From contig CAKSBC010000001.1 in the NCBI GenBank assembly GCA_934438085.1, forward strand, positions 161,997 through 225,996: DNA of 64,000 bases, given 5' to 3'. The stretch comes from an uncultured Lachnospiraceae bacterium (GTDB lineage Bacteria > Bacillota > Clostridia > Lachnospirales > Lachnospiraceae). Below, one piece after another: positions 55,853-64,000 of the stretch (the first letter of the stretch is position 1; each line of letters opens with the position of its first letter). Under the pieces are notes generated by a model. The model saw nothing but the letters and a program-made list of their open reading frames with translations, searched no databases and was not told where the DNA came from. A program made the position numbers and the translations under genes.

Positions 55853-56071
55853 ACGCTTTGTATAAATATGGGTTCCATGTCCTTGCACTATACAATGTCT
55901 ATGGAACCCGGATCATGTCTTTATATGTTATGTTGTCTAAGGCTGTCCTATGCTACCCAAAGCTCTAAAGCCTTAAAAATCATATATCCAAAGCCGCTTT
56001 ATAAGCATACTATTTCACTCGGGTTTTGTCAACTCTGTGGAATGGCTGCTTTAATTATCACATTGCCAGAA

Positions 56072-57253
56072 TCAGCTTTTCACCGACTCATTACCTTCTG
56101 CAGCGACTTGCTCTGATGTATTCAGAAGAGCTGCGGTTTTTTCTTCCTCTTTTCTTACTATATATCCGTGAAGCACGAACTGAATTATAGCTACGACCGG
56201 AACAGAAAGAAGCACTCCGGTAATTCCAAAGAGCTTGGCTCCGACTATGATTCCAAGAGTGATCCATACACCGGAAACGCCCAATGCTCCGCCAAAAAGC
56301 TTCGGTTTTATAACATATCCGTCTATAGTCTGAAGTATCAGCGTAAAAATAAGGAACAGAACAACTGACTGAGGACTTGAACACAGCAGTATCAGTCCCG
56401 CAATAAATGCACCTATAAAAGGACCGAAGGTTGGTATCAGATTGGTAACACCTACTACCAGGGATATAAGCACAAGGTAAGGCATTCCTGTGATCATCAT
56501 AAATATAGCATTAATTATCGCTACTATGATTCCATCCAGAATATCACTGACTACATATGTAGTCATTATCATATTGCACTCAGACAAAAATGAAGTAGTA
56601 GACTTATATTTCTTTTCTGGCAAAATTGCATGAAGTATTCTGTGATAAGAGCTTATTACAGTATTCTTATATACAATAAAATAAACCGCAAGTATAAGTC
56701 CGAGTCCAAGGTTAAGCGCACTGCTTGTTGCACTGAGTGAGCCTTCTGCAATCTTTCCTGTATTTTCTGTTATGATAGATACAGCATCATTTAAAAGTCC
56801 TGTCGTGGATTTATCCAGGATGCTCATATCCAGATTATGACTTTCACCCATTTCAACGATATACTCAAGCATATCCTGAAGTGTTTCGGCATATGCATTA
56901 ATGTTGCTTATAAACATTCTTATGCTGTCTATAAGCTGAGGAATAAGACCACTCATAAGAAGGATAAACAAGATACATACGGTTATCATTGCCGTAACAT
57001 TTGAAAGCTGTTGTCTGACACCCTCCTTTTTTATGCCTCTATAAAGTGTCCTGTTAAGAAAATTAACAAGCGGTGATATCAGATAAGCTATAACAACTCC
57101 AAACACGACAGGTCGTATGAGTGTCATGAATTTCCCGATCTGCGCAAATATAGTATCAAGCTCGGTAAGCACCACAAAAAACAGTACGGCCGAGCATGCT
57201 GCAATGGTATACTGCAGCCATTTTTTTTCTTCAAAATAGTTCTTAAATTTCAT
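56072..57253 (-). CDS. AI-2E family transporter (PerM/YhhT-like)
   Basis: Eight TM segments and the conserved C-terminal region ...TNLIPTFGPFIGA...LILQTIDGYVIKPKLFG. The start is set at MKFKNY. Confidence 0.88.
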   Translation of the reverse strand: MKFKNYFEEKKWLQYTIAACSAVLFFVVLTELDTIFAQIGKFMTLIRPVVFGVVIAYLISPLVNFLNRTLYRGIKKEGVRQQLSNVTAMITVCILFILLMSGLIPQLIDSIRMFISNINAYAETLQDMLEYIVEMGESHNLDMSILDKSTTGLLNDAVSIITENTGKIAEGSLSATSSALNLGLGLILAVYFIVYKNTVISSYHRILHAILPEKKYKSTTSFLSECNMIMTTYVVSDILDGIIVAIINAIFMMITGMPYLVLISLVVGVTNLIPTFGPFIGAFIAGLILLCSSPQSVVLFLIFTLILQTIDGYVIKPKLFGGALGVSGVWITLGIIVGAKLFGITGVLLSVPVVAIIQFVLHGYIVRKEEEKTAALLNTSEQVAAEGNESVKS

Positions 57254-57272
57254 TCGTTCAGTGTTTCTCCGT

Positions 57273-58826
57273 TTAAAGAACTGAAAGCATCGACACAAAT
57301 CCGTGCCAAAGATTCTTAATAAGCGGCATACGGTTCTGAATACTTTCTATATCCTCAGCTCTGATCAGGCGCTCAATTGTGTTAAAGAGCTCACCAAGTT
57401 CATCATTACCGAGTTCAGTGACTTCTCTTCTTATATCACTAATTTGTGACAAAAGAAAGTCCCACATATCATCTCCGTCAGAAATTGATTCGATAAGTCT
57501 GTCAATTTTATCTTCTCGCATGGCAGAACTGTCTCTGAAACATTTTAAAAGAACTATATAAAGGTCTTCATCATCATTTTCATTGGTCAGTCCCATCTTG
57601 ACCTTTAAGCCGCTGTGTTCCAGATATCTGAGTTTTTCTGTAGTACTGCTGTCTTTTGTGACAGGTTTTCTGTTGACTATAATATCATATACTGCTCTTC
57701 TTAATTCACAGGCATCTATAGGCTTGTATAAAACATCCGTAAATCCGCAGTTAATATATTTTTCCCTTGCATACTTATTCTCTGATGTCAGTGCTATTCC
57801 CGGAGTAAATCCGTTTGCACCCTGCTCATCTCTGTGTATCATATTAAATGCAGAAATTCCGTCAAAATCTTTGAGTCTGTGAGCCAATATAAGAATATCA
57901 CAAGGTAACTCTCTGCAGGTCTGTATTGCCTCTGCACCCTCTTCAACCGTAATTATGTCGGCAGCGGTCCATCTAAATATTTCTTTTATCTTCTCAATGT
58001 CTTCATTACTGCGATCTGCCAAGAGCACTCTTTTACCGAGCATACTCTCCGGTGTACTGAAGAAATCATGAATAACCCTGTCCTCTTCACTCAGATTTCC
58101 CTCGTCTTCTAAAGACATGTCTGCCTCTTCCGGTTCATCCTCAGTATGATCTGAATTATTATTCTCGATTACTGCATCAAAAACTTCTGCCGGCTCTGTT
58201 ACTTCAGCTTCGTTATCGCTTTCAGATTCATTTCCGTTTTTTTCCTCTTCTCTTTCGGTTTCAGACTCATTGCCGGTTTCAGACTCATACTCAGTTTCAA
58301 TTTCATTTCCGGCTTTGAGCTTGTTTTCTACTTCAGTATCACTCTCGGTTTTAGTCTCTTTTCCAACTTCAGCCGCATCTTCAGTCTCAGTTTCATTTAC
58401 TGATTCGGCAGAGTTCACGCCATTATTTACCTTATTACCGTTCTTTCCTGAAAATGTATTCTTAAGCTTGTCGATACCTGCATTAATTCCACTTAAAGCA
58501 GTCCCTGAGCCTGCAGTGCCTTCATCATAAAGTCGTTCTTTAACCTTAAAATGCCCGTAAAGGAATATTCCGAGGCTTATAAGCAGCATAAGCTGAGCTA
58601 CAAAATGAAGCAAGAACCCAAAGGCTGCAAATATTCCGATGCCGCTAAGTATAAGCAGCATACCTATAATATATCCTATTACTGCCCAGACCATTCTTCT
58701 GCTTAACGCTTTAAGCTCACTGCTCTCAGATTTCTCTGCAAATATGCATATCACAAAGCAGAGCATTATAAAGATAAGTGACCACAAAAAACCGCATACA
58801 TTGTAGATATTCGTTAAAACATACAT
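57273..58826 (-). CDS. Membrane protein with a degenerate receiver (REC) domain and an Hpt-like C-terminus
   Basis: Three to four N-terminal TM segments, an E/T/N-rich linker and a REC-like fold (KRVLLADRS...DILILAHRLKDFDG...ALTSE...YKPI). Ala replaces the expected phospho-acceptor Asp. The helical C-terminus lacks the HxxKG His. Confidence 0.65.
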   Translation of the reverse strand: MYVLTNIYNVCGFLWSLIFIMLCFVICIFAEKSESSELKALSRRMVWAVIGYIIGMLLILSGIGIFAAFGFLLHFVAQLMLLISLGIFLYGHFKVKERLYDEGTAGSGTALSGINAGIDKLKNTFSGKNGNKVNNGVNSAESVNETETEDAAEVGKETKTESDTEVENKLKAGNEIETEYESETGNESETEREEEKNGNESESDNEAEVTEPAEVFDAVIENNNSDHTEDEPEEADMSLEDEGNLSEEDRVIHDFFSTPESMLGKRVLLADRSNEDIEKIKEIFRWTAADIITVEEGAEAIQTCRELPCDILILAHRLKDFDGISAFNMIHRDEQGANGFTPGIALTSENKYAREKYINCGFTDVLYKPIDACELRRAVYDIIVNRKPVTKDSSTTEKLRYLEHSGLKVKMGLTNENDDEDLYIVLLKCFRDSSAMREDKIDRLIESISDGDDMWDFLLSQISDIRREVTELGNDELGELFNTIERLIRAEDIESIQNRMPLIKNLWHGFVSMLSVL

Positions 58827-58827
58827 T

Positions 58828-59829
58828 TCAGGCCTCCGGGCGATACTGTTTTATAAGTCTTGAAATTTCCTGATTCATAGCATTAAGAACTGACGGCGGG
58901 CCGATTATCTTTGCCCCGTCTCCAAGTGCTGTTATCCAGCCCAAAAACTGAGGGCTGACCGCAACCTTAACATTTACTCTGAAATGCTCATCATCTGAGC
59001 GTATCATCATAATATCCTTGCCGAATCTGTCAATGATGACACCTGCCATATCATTTCGGCATTCTATAGTAACATTTTCATCCTTGCCTCCGTACATTCC
59101 GAATACTCGGCTTGTATAAAGAGCCATATCGAAATCCTTGTACTCTTCTCCTCCCATATCTCTTTTCTTATCAAGAAGCGATATTCGCTTCATCTTATCT
59201 ACTCTGTAATGCTTAAGTTTACTGCTGTCACTGTCATATGCTATGAGGTAATAGTTTTCATCATTCCAGCACAGAGCCCACGGACTTGCATAATACAGCT
59301 TTCCGTCATTTTTAGGTATCTGCTTCTTATCTGCACTCCATTTAAAATATATAAAGCTTATTCGCTTATTGTCGGCTATGGCTTCATTAATAAGGTCAAC
59401 ATTATTGTAAATGCTTTCGTTCATAGTTTTTACACGCTGCGAAACATATACCTGTCTGTGAAGCTTAGATGCCTCATAAATGCTCGCCATGCCTTCTATC
59501 TTTTTAATTAGTTCATCCGACTTTTTCTTAGTTATAAACTTTGCCGACTGTACAGTGTCCACAAGAAGCTTTAGCTCAGCAAGCTCAAAAGGTCTGCTTG
59601 CAACATGATAATAATAGCTGCGATTTTCCTGACAGCCTACTATATCCATACCATAGGCCTTAAGACATTCAATGTCATCATATATACTTTTTCTCTCAGC
59701 CTTCACTCCGCAGCTTTCAAGCTCTCTTATGATCTCAGGCATAGTGATAGCATGTTCATCATCTGTTTTTTCTAAAAGGATCTTCTTTAGATAAAGCATC
59801 TTAAGCTTCTGATTTGCCGATTTTGCCAT
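58828..59829 (-). CDS. HTH-WYL domain transcriptional regulator
   Basis: N-terminal winged HTH and a central WYL-type region (YYASPWALCWNDENYYLIAYDSDSSKLKHYRVDKM). Its stop is 1 nt from the next gene's start. Confidence 0.8.
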   Translation of the reverse strand: MAKSANQKLKMLYLKKILLEKTDDEHAITMPEIIRELESCGVKAERKSIYDDIECLKAYGMDIVGCQENRSYYYHVASRPFELAELKLLVDTVQSAKFITKKKSDELIKKIEGMASIYEASKLHRQVYVSQRVKTMNESIYNNVDLINEAIADNKRISFIYFKWSADKKQIPKNDGKLYYASPWALCWNDENYYLIAYDSDSSKLKHYRVDKMKRISLLDKKRDMGGEEYKDFDMALYTSRVFGMYGGKDENVTIECRNDMAGVIIDRFGKDIMMIRSDDEHFRVNVKVAVSPQFLGWITALGDGAKIIGPPSVLNAMNQEISRLIKQYRPEA

Positions 59830-60180
59830 GAGGCTTTCCTTTCCGACTGTACAAAACCATACTTAGATGTGTAAAAGCATAAATCGCGGCATGTCATAGT
59901 TTTGCAAAAAGCAATAAGTTTGCAGGCCAATGCACACATAGTAATAGTTTATAAAAAATAACAGGCTTATTCAAGTTTTTTATCACATCCCGACAACAGT
60001 TCAACTTAAACATCGTTTCACAAATACTTCACATATGAAACACAAGGACTTAACAATTGACCTTTATATTATAGCCATAAGATAAATAAAGGAGATGAAC
60101 AAAACACACAACTCACACACGGAATATCCTTATAAAGGATTTTCTATAAAATTACTCATAACTCCCCCTAACAAAGAAGA

Positions 60181-60243
60181 AAAGACCGTATGAAGCGGTC
60201 TTTTTCTTTTATATAAAGCGCCGGTACCTTTTACGGCACCGGC
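60181..60243 (-). terminator. Tandem terminators after the hydrogenase-family gene
   Basis: Minus strand reads GCCGGTGCC-N6-GGTACCGGC followed by GCTTTAT, then AAAGACCG-N7-CGGTCTTT followed by TCTTCTTTG. Confidence 0.7.
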
Positions 60244-60272
60244 ACTATATAGAGATTATTATTCAGTAATTA

Positions 60273-61805
60273 TCAATAGTCTTCAGAAAGCTCGAACTTC
60301 TCAAGATTTGCAAGACGCTCCTTGTAAGAGGTATCATATGCTTCCTCAAATCTTGCTTCCTTCTGCATAGCCTTAAGTGCTGCTGTAGAATTCTTAAGCG
60401 CTGCAATTGTTCCTGCACCTGAAAGGCATCCGCCAGGACAAGCCATTCCCTCAAGGAGGTATCCGTTATACTTTCCGGCCTTTGCAAGCTGAAGCATCTG
60501 ACGGCAGTTCTGAAGTCCGTCAGCACTCATGGTCTTGATCTCGATATTAGGATCAATACGCTTAGCTGCCTTAACAACAGCTGCTGCAACTCCGCCTGCA
60601 GCTGCAAATCCACGACCATCAGCAGAAGCCTTCTCAAGAGTATCAATATCATCCGGAAGGAAGTCAAAGCTTACACCTTTTGCCTCGAACATGCCGGCAA
60701 CTTCCTCGAAGGTAAGAACGAAGTCAACATAGCTTCTGATAGTACGACGGCTTGCCTCAAGCTTCTTAGCTGAGCATGGTCCTACGAATACGATCTTGCA
60801 GTTAGGCTCCTTTTCTTTAAGCAGACGAGCTGTAAGTACCATAGGTGTAAGTGCCATTGAAATGCACTTTGCCTGCTCAGGGAACATCTTCTTTGCCATC
60901 ATTGACCAAGCAGGACAGCATGATGTAGCCATGAACGGAAGCTTCTCAGGAACTTCCTTTATGAAGTCCTGTGCCTCTTCAACGGTGCAGAGATCGGCTC
61001 CGATAGCAACCTCTCTCATATCTGTAAATCCAAGCTCCTTGAATGCTGCTGCAAGCTTCTCATTCTGAAGTCCCTTGAACTGACCTGCGATTGCAGGAGC
61101 AACTATAGCATAAACAGGAGTATTAGCATCCTTAATAGCTGTTATTGTCTGATAGATCTGTCCCTTATCGACGATTGCTCCGAAAGGACAGTTTACAAGA
61201 CACTGACCGCAGGAAACGCACTTCATGTAATCAATATCAGCTCTTCCCTTATCATCTGAATGGATAGCTCCCATTCCGCATGCCTTCATACATGGTCTTT
61301 CCATCTTGATGATTGCATGATACTGACAAGCGTCAACGCACTTTCCGCACTTTACGCACTTCTCCTGATCGATATGTGATCTGCCGTGCACCATGCTAAT
61401 AGCATGCATAGGACAGACTTCCTTACATGGATGCTCAATACATCCCTGACATCCGTCAGATACACGAACCTGTTTCTCAGGACAAGCATTGCAGGCAAAC
61501 TTAATTACATTGATGAGAGGTGCCTCATAATACTTCTCTGCAATAGCACTGGCCTCAATGTTATCTGTAATCTTTCCAAACTCATCAGCATTTCTTACTG
61601 AAAGTCCCATAGCTGCACGTATACGCTCACCAACGATAGCTCTCTCAATGAATACATTAGCTCTGTACTCCGCATCTTCACCCGGGATGATCTTGTACGG
61701 AAGCTCATCGATCTTGTCAAGGTCAGTTCCCTCATAAGCCATTCTTGCAACTTCTACGAATACCTCATGACGGAGTCTTGTTTTTGAAGAATCAATTCCT
61801 CTCAT
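60273..61805 (-). CDS. [FeFe]-hydrogenase family protein with N-terminal 4Fe-4S ferredoxin domains
   Basis: Several CxxCxxCxxxC clusters. H-cluster motifs are L1 TSCCPAW, L2 variant GPCSAKKLE and L3 EGMACPGGCLSGAG. Confidence 0.85.
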   Translation of the reverse strand: MRGIDSSKTRLRHEVFVEVARMAYEGTDLDKIDELPYKIIPGEDAEYRANVFIERAIVGERIRAAMGLSVRNADEFGKITDNIEASAIAEKYYEAPLINVIKFACNACPEKQVRVSDGCQGCIEHPCKEVCPMHAISMVHGRSHIDQEKCVKCGKCVDACQYHAIIKMERPCMKACGMGAIHSDDKGRADIDYMKCVSCGQCLVNCPFGAIVDKGQIYQTITAIKDANTPVYAIVAPAIAGQFKGLQNEKLAAAFKELGFTDMREVAIGADLCTVEEAQDFIKEVPEKLPFMATSCCPAWSMMAKKMFPEQAKCISMALTPMVLTARLLKEKEPNCKIVFVGPCSAKKLEASRRTIRSYVDFVLTFEEVAGMFEAKGVSFDFLPDDIDTLEKASADGRGFAAAGGVAAAVVKAAKRIDPNIEIKTMSADGLQNCRQMLQLAKAGKYNGYLLEGMACPGGCLSGAGTIAALKNSTAALKAMQKEARFEEAYDTSYKERLANLEKFELSEDY

Positions 61806-61883
61806 AGTTTCCTCCTGATTTATATGTATTATTCCACAATAATTCCATATTAAAAATGTATATTTAAACTCTATTTATAATAA

Positions 61884-61937
61884 AGAAAAACCGCGGTTAT
61901 TTCAAGCTGTATAGAGCCTGTTGCCGCGGTTTATTTT
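61884..61937. terminator. Hairpin terminator after the AGCS symporter gene
   Basis: AAACCGCGG-N27-CCGCGGTTT, followed by TTTTCTTTATT on the minus strand and ATTTTAAAATTTT on the plus strand. Confidence 0.7.
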
Positions 61938-61980
61938 AAAATTTTGAAAATTTCAGAAGTATGAAGTTTCTCTTTTGTTA

Positions 61981-63516
61981 TTACTTTCCTGCTTTTTTAT
62001 CCCATACCTCAAGCTCCATGCCGGCAACCTCAGATGTATAGAGTGTTCCGTCATTCTTTTCAAAATGCTTTGTGGCATTTAATACATGCTTAAAGCCGAT
62101 ATAAAGAAGCGGTATGTTGCAGTATGCGATAAGAATATTCGCAAAATCAGAAAGATCCCAAAGTGATCCGAGATCCATACCTGCTATACTTGTCATGCAG
62201 CCGAATGCGATAACTACAAGGCAAAGGATCCTGATAACTGCGATGAAGCTCTTGCTCTCTGAAATACGGTTTGCGCATATCTCTGTGAATGACATAAATC
62301 CAAGCAATGTTGAGAATGCAAAAAGTCCGAAGCATACAGATACAAGCAGTGAAACAGCTGCATTAAATGCTGTTCCCGGTGTAAGCTCAGCAACCGAAGC
62401 TACGAATTTAGGAAGCTTTCCGAGCTCAAACCATGCTTCTGCATTATCTGTAAGCCAAACATGTCCCATAATAACAACAAAGGCTGTAAGTGTACAAATA
62501 ACGATAGTATCAAGGAATACACCTATAGACTGAACACAGCCCTGATCACAAGGATGCTTTGCATCTGATGCTGCAGCTGCCATTGTGATGGTACCCTGTC
62601 CTGCCTCATTACTCATAAGGCCTCTCTTAACACCCTGAACAAGTGCTATACCGAAGGCTCCGCCGAATACAGCCTCAGGCTTAAATGCCTGTGTAAATAC
62701 TGCATAGAAGAACCAAGGAATACGGTTAAAGTTGACAATTACAAGAACTATAACAGTAAGGATATAAATAACTGCCATAACAGGAACTACAACATCTGTA
62801 ACTCTTGTGACCTGCTTGATTCCACCGAAGGAAATAATTGCTACTGTAATAAGAAGTATTACGAAGCTTACCCAGTAGAGCATTGAGTTTGTATCGATCG
62901 CATGACCGCTTACAGTCTCTCCTATCTGGCCTACGGCAGAAATCGTATTGAAGCCCTGTGCCGGGAAGCATAAAAGCGCATAAACAATATAAAGCACTGA
63001 AAGGAATATACCTACGCCTACAGAACCTCCCAAAAGCTTTCTTCCGTAGAATGAAAGACCTCCGACATACTCATCGTCCTTCTTTTCCTTGAATATCTGT
63101 GCAAGTGTTGCTTCGGTATATGATGTAGCCATTCCGAAGAATGCTGATATCCACATCCATAAAAGTGCTCCCGGTCCTCCGACAGATATGGCACCTGTAA
63201 CGCCGAGAATATTACCCGGACCGACTCTCATAGCTGTAGAAAGGAAGAAGGCTGCAAGAGGTGATATACCCATCTGTGTCTTCTTGCTGTTCTTTAAGAC
63301 TTCAATTCCGTATTTAAATTTACGAATCTGGATAAAACGAAGTCTGCATGTGAAATATATGCCCGATCCTATAAGAAGGATTATAGCCAATGAGAAATTT
63401 CCTAAAATAGGTATATTGGCATACCAATCGAAATTCGTCGGAAAGTCCCAGAACAGATCTGAAACCACCTGAATCTTTCCGCAAACAGCGTTAATAATGT
63501 CAAAAATTGCCTGCAT
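61981..63516 (-). CDS. Alanine/glycine:cation symporter (AGCS) family transporter
   Basis: AGCS signatures (GPGALLWMW, FFGMATSYTEATLAQ). The start at MQAIFD is preceded by GGAGGGAG. The longer TTG-initiated frame is not supported. Confidence 0.9.
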   Translation of the reverse strand: MQAIFDIINAVCGKIQVVSDLFWDFPTNFDWYANIPILGNFSLAIILLIGSGIYFTCRLRFIQIRKFKYGIEVLKNSKKTQMGISPLAAFFLSTAMRVGPGNILGVTGAISVGGPGALLWMWISAFFGMATSYTEATLAQIFKEKKDDEYVGGLSFYGRKLLGGSVGVGIFLSVLYIVYALLCFPAQGFNTISAVGQIGETVSGHAIDTNSMLYWVSFVILLITVAIISFGGIKQVTRVTDVVVPVMAVIYILTVIVLVIVNFNRIPWFFYAVFTQAFKPEAVFGGAFGIALVQGVKRGLMSNEAGQGTITMAAAASDAKHPCDQGCVQSIGVFLDTIVICTLTAFVVIMGHVWLTDNAEAWFELGKLPKFVASVAELTPGTAFNAAVSLLVSVCFGLFAFSTLLGFMSFTEICANRISESKSFIAVIRILCLVVIAFGCMTSIAGMDLGSLWDLSDFANILIAYCNIPLLYIGFKHVLNATKHFEKNDGTLYTSEVAGMELEVWDKKAGK

Positions 63517-63674
63517 TAATAAACTCCCTCCAAATAAATAATCTTGCCTATAAAAGGTCAATTCGTGCCGCATTTTAGGCACTATAAGTCTTTCCGTTCG
63601 TGCATAATCAAAAAATATTATACATAAACGAGCCGGTCTTACAAGCAATTTAAAAGAATATTTAATTTTTCATA

Positions 63675-63705
63675 AGAAAAGAGCAGATACTTTAAATATC
63701 TGCTC
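63675..63705 (-). terminator. Terminator after the KdgT-like gene
   Basis: Minus strand reads GAGCAGATA-N7-TATCTGCTC followed by TTTTCTTAT. Confidence 0.75.
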
Positions 63706-63738
63706 TCACACACCATAAAATGTGGTTATGTCTGATAA

Positions 63739-64000
63739 TTATGCCTTTGCGGCACGCTTCTTCTCCTCTATCTTGTGAAGATAAGATACAAGGATAGGGC
63801 AAAGGATAGCTGTAACGATGATTGCAGCTGTGATCTGTGCTGTAGCAGCCTCTGATACTGCAAGAAGGCTTGCGTCTGCTGCTGCAACTGCTGCAGGTGT
63901 AGCTGCTGCGTTACCTGCTGTTGTACCGATAGCACCACCGACTTCCGGATAATCCATCTTGAGAAGCTTGTAAACAAGGTATCCTAAAAGACCTGTAATA
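63739..64000 (-). CDS. 2-keto-3-deoxygluconate permease (KdgT)-like transporter, C-terminal part; the gene continues beyond the window
   Basis: The frame is open to the window edge. The C-terminal sequence ...GGAIGTTAGNAAATPAAVAAADASL... is typical of KdgT-family proteins. Confidence 0.6.
   Translation of the reverse strand, partial: ITGLLGYLVYKLLKMDYPEVGGAIGTTAGNAAATPAAVAAADASLLAVSEAATAQITAAIIVTAILCPILVSYLHKIEEKKRAAKA

Overview
This is a low-GC, Firmicutes-type chromosomal segment. The RBS style, cell-wall-binding repeats and gene families suggest Clostridia, possibly Lachnospiraceae-like; the taxon is inference only. There are about 50 genes, almost all on the minus strand.
- Housekeeping: rho, xth, lon and three tRNAs.
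- Transport: a polar amino-acid ABC system, a peptide/nickel-type ABC system, Na/Pi, BrnQ, AGCS, KdgT-like, DMT, AI-2E and a P1B-type ATPase.
- Regulation: a PhoB/PhoR-like two-component pair and LysR, GntR, XRE and WYL regulators.
- Other: a [FeFe]-hydrogenase-family gene and a duplicated ornithine-cyclodeaminase/PLP-dehydratase cassette.

The stand-out is a type IV pilus module at about 14.6-28.0 kb. It runs pilD-pilM-pilN-pilO, then an uninterrupted 2,689-aa ORF that starts with a canonical prepilin (class III) signal peptide, which I read as a giant modular pilin/adhesin. Three small pilin-like genes and a cell-wall-binding-repeat protein follow. No pilB/pilC/pilT motor genes and no ordinary major pilin are in the window.

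Several items are absent from the ORF track:
- a 28-aa hydrophobic peptide with a convergent antisense promoter (type I toxin-antitoxin candidate, about 12.35-12.67 kb)
- a 51-aa rubredoxin
- a 31-aa poly-acidic ORF behind the P-type ATPase
- a tyrosine recombinase broken by one in-frame TGA
- a twin-hairpin small-RNA candidate
- several intergenic repeat arrays

No CRISPR array, rRNA or intact mobile element was seen. Coordinates of features not taken from the ORF track were counted by hand and may be off by 1-2 nt.
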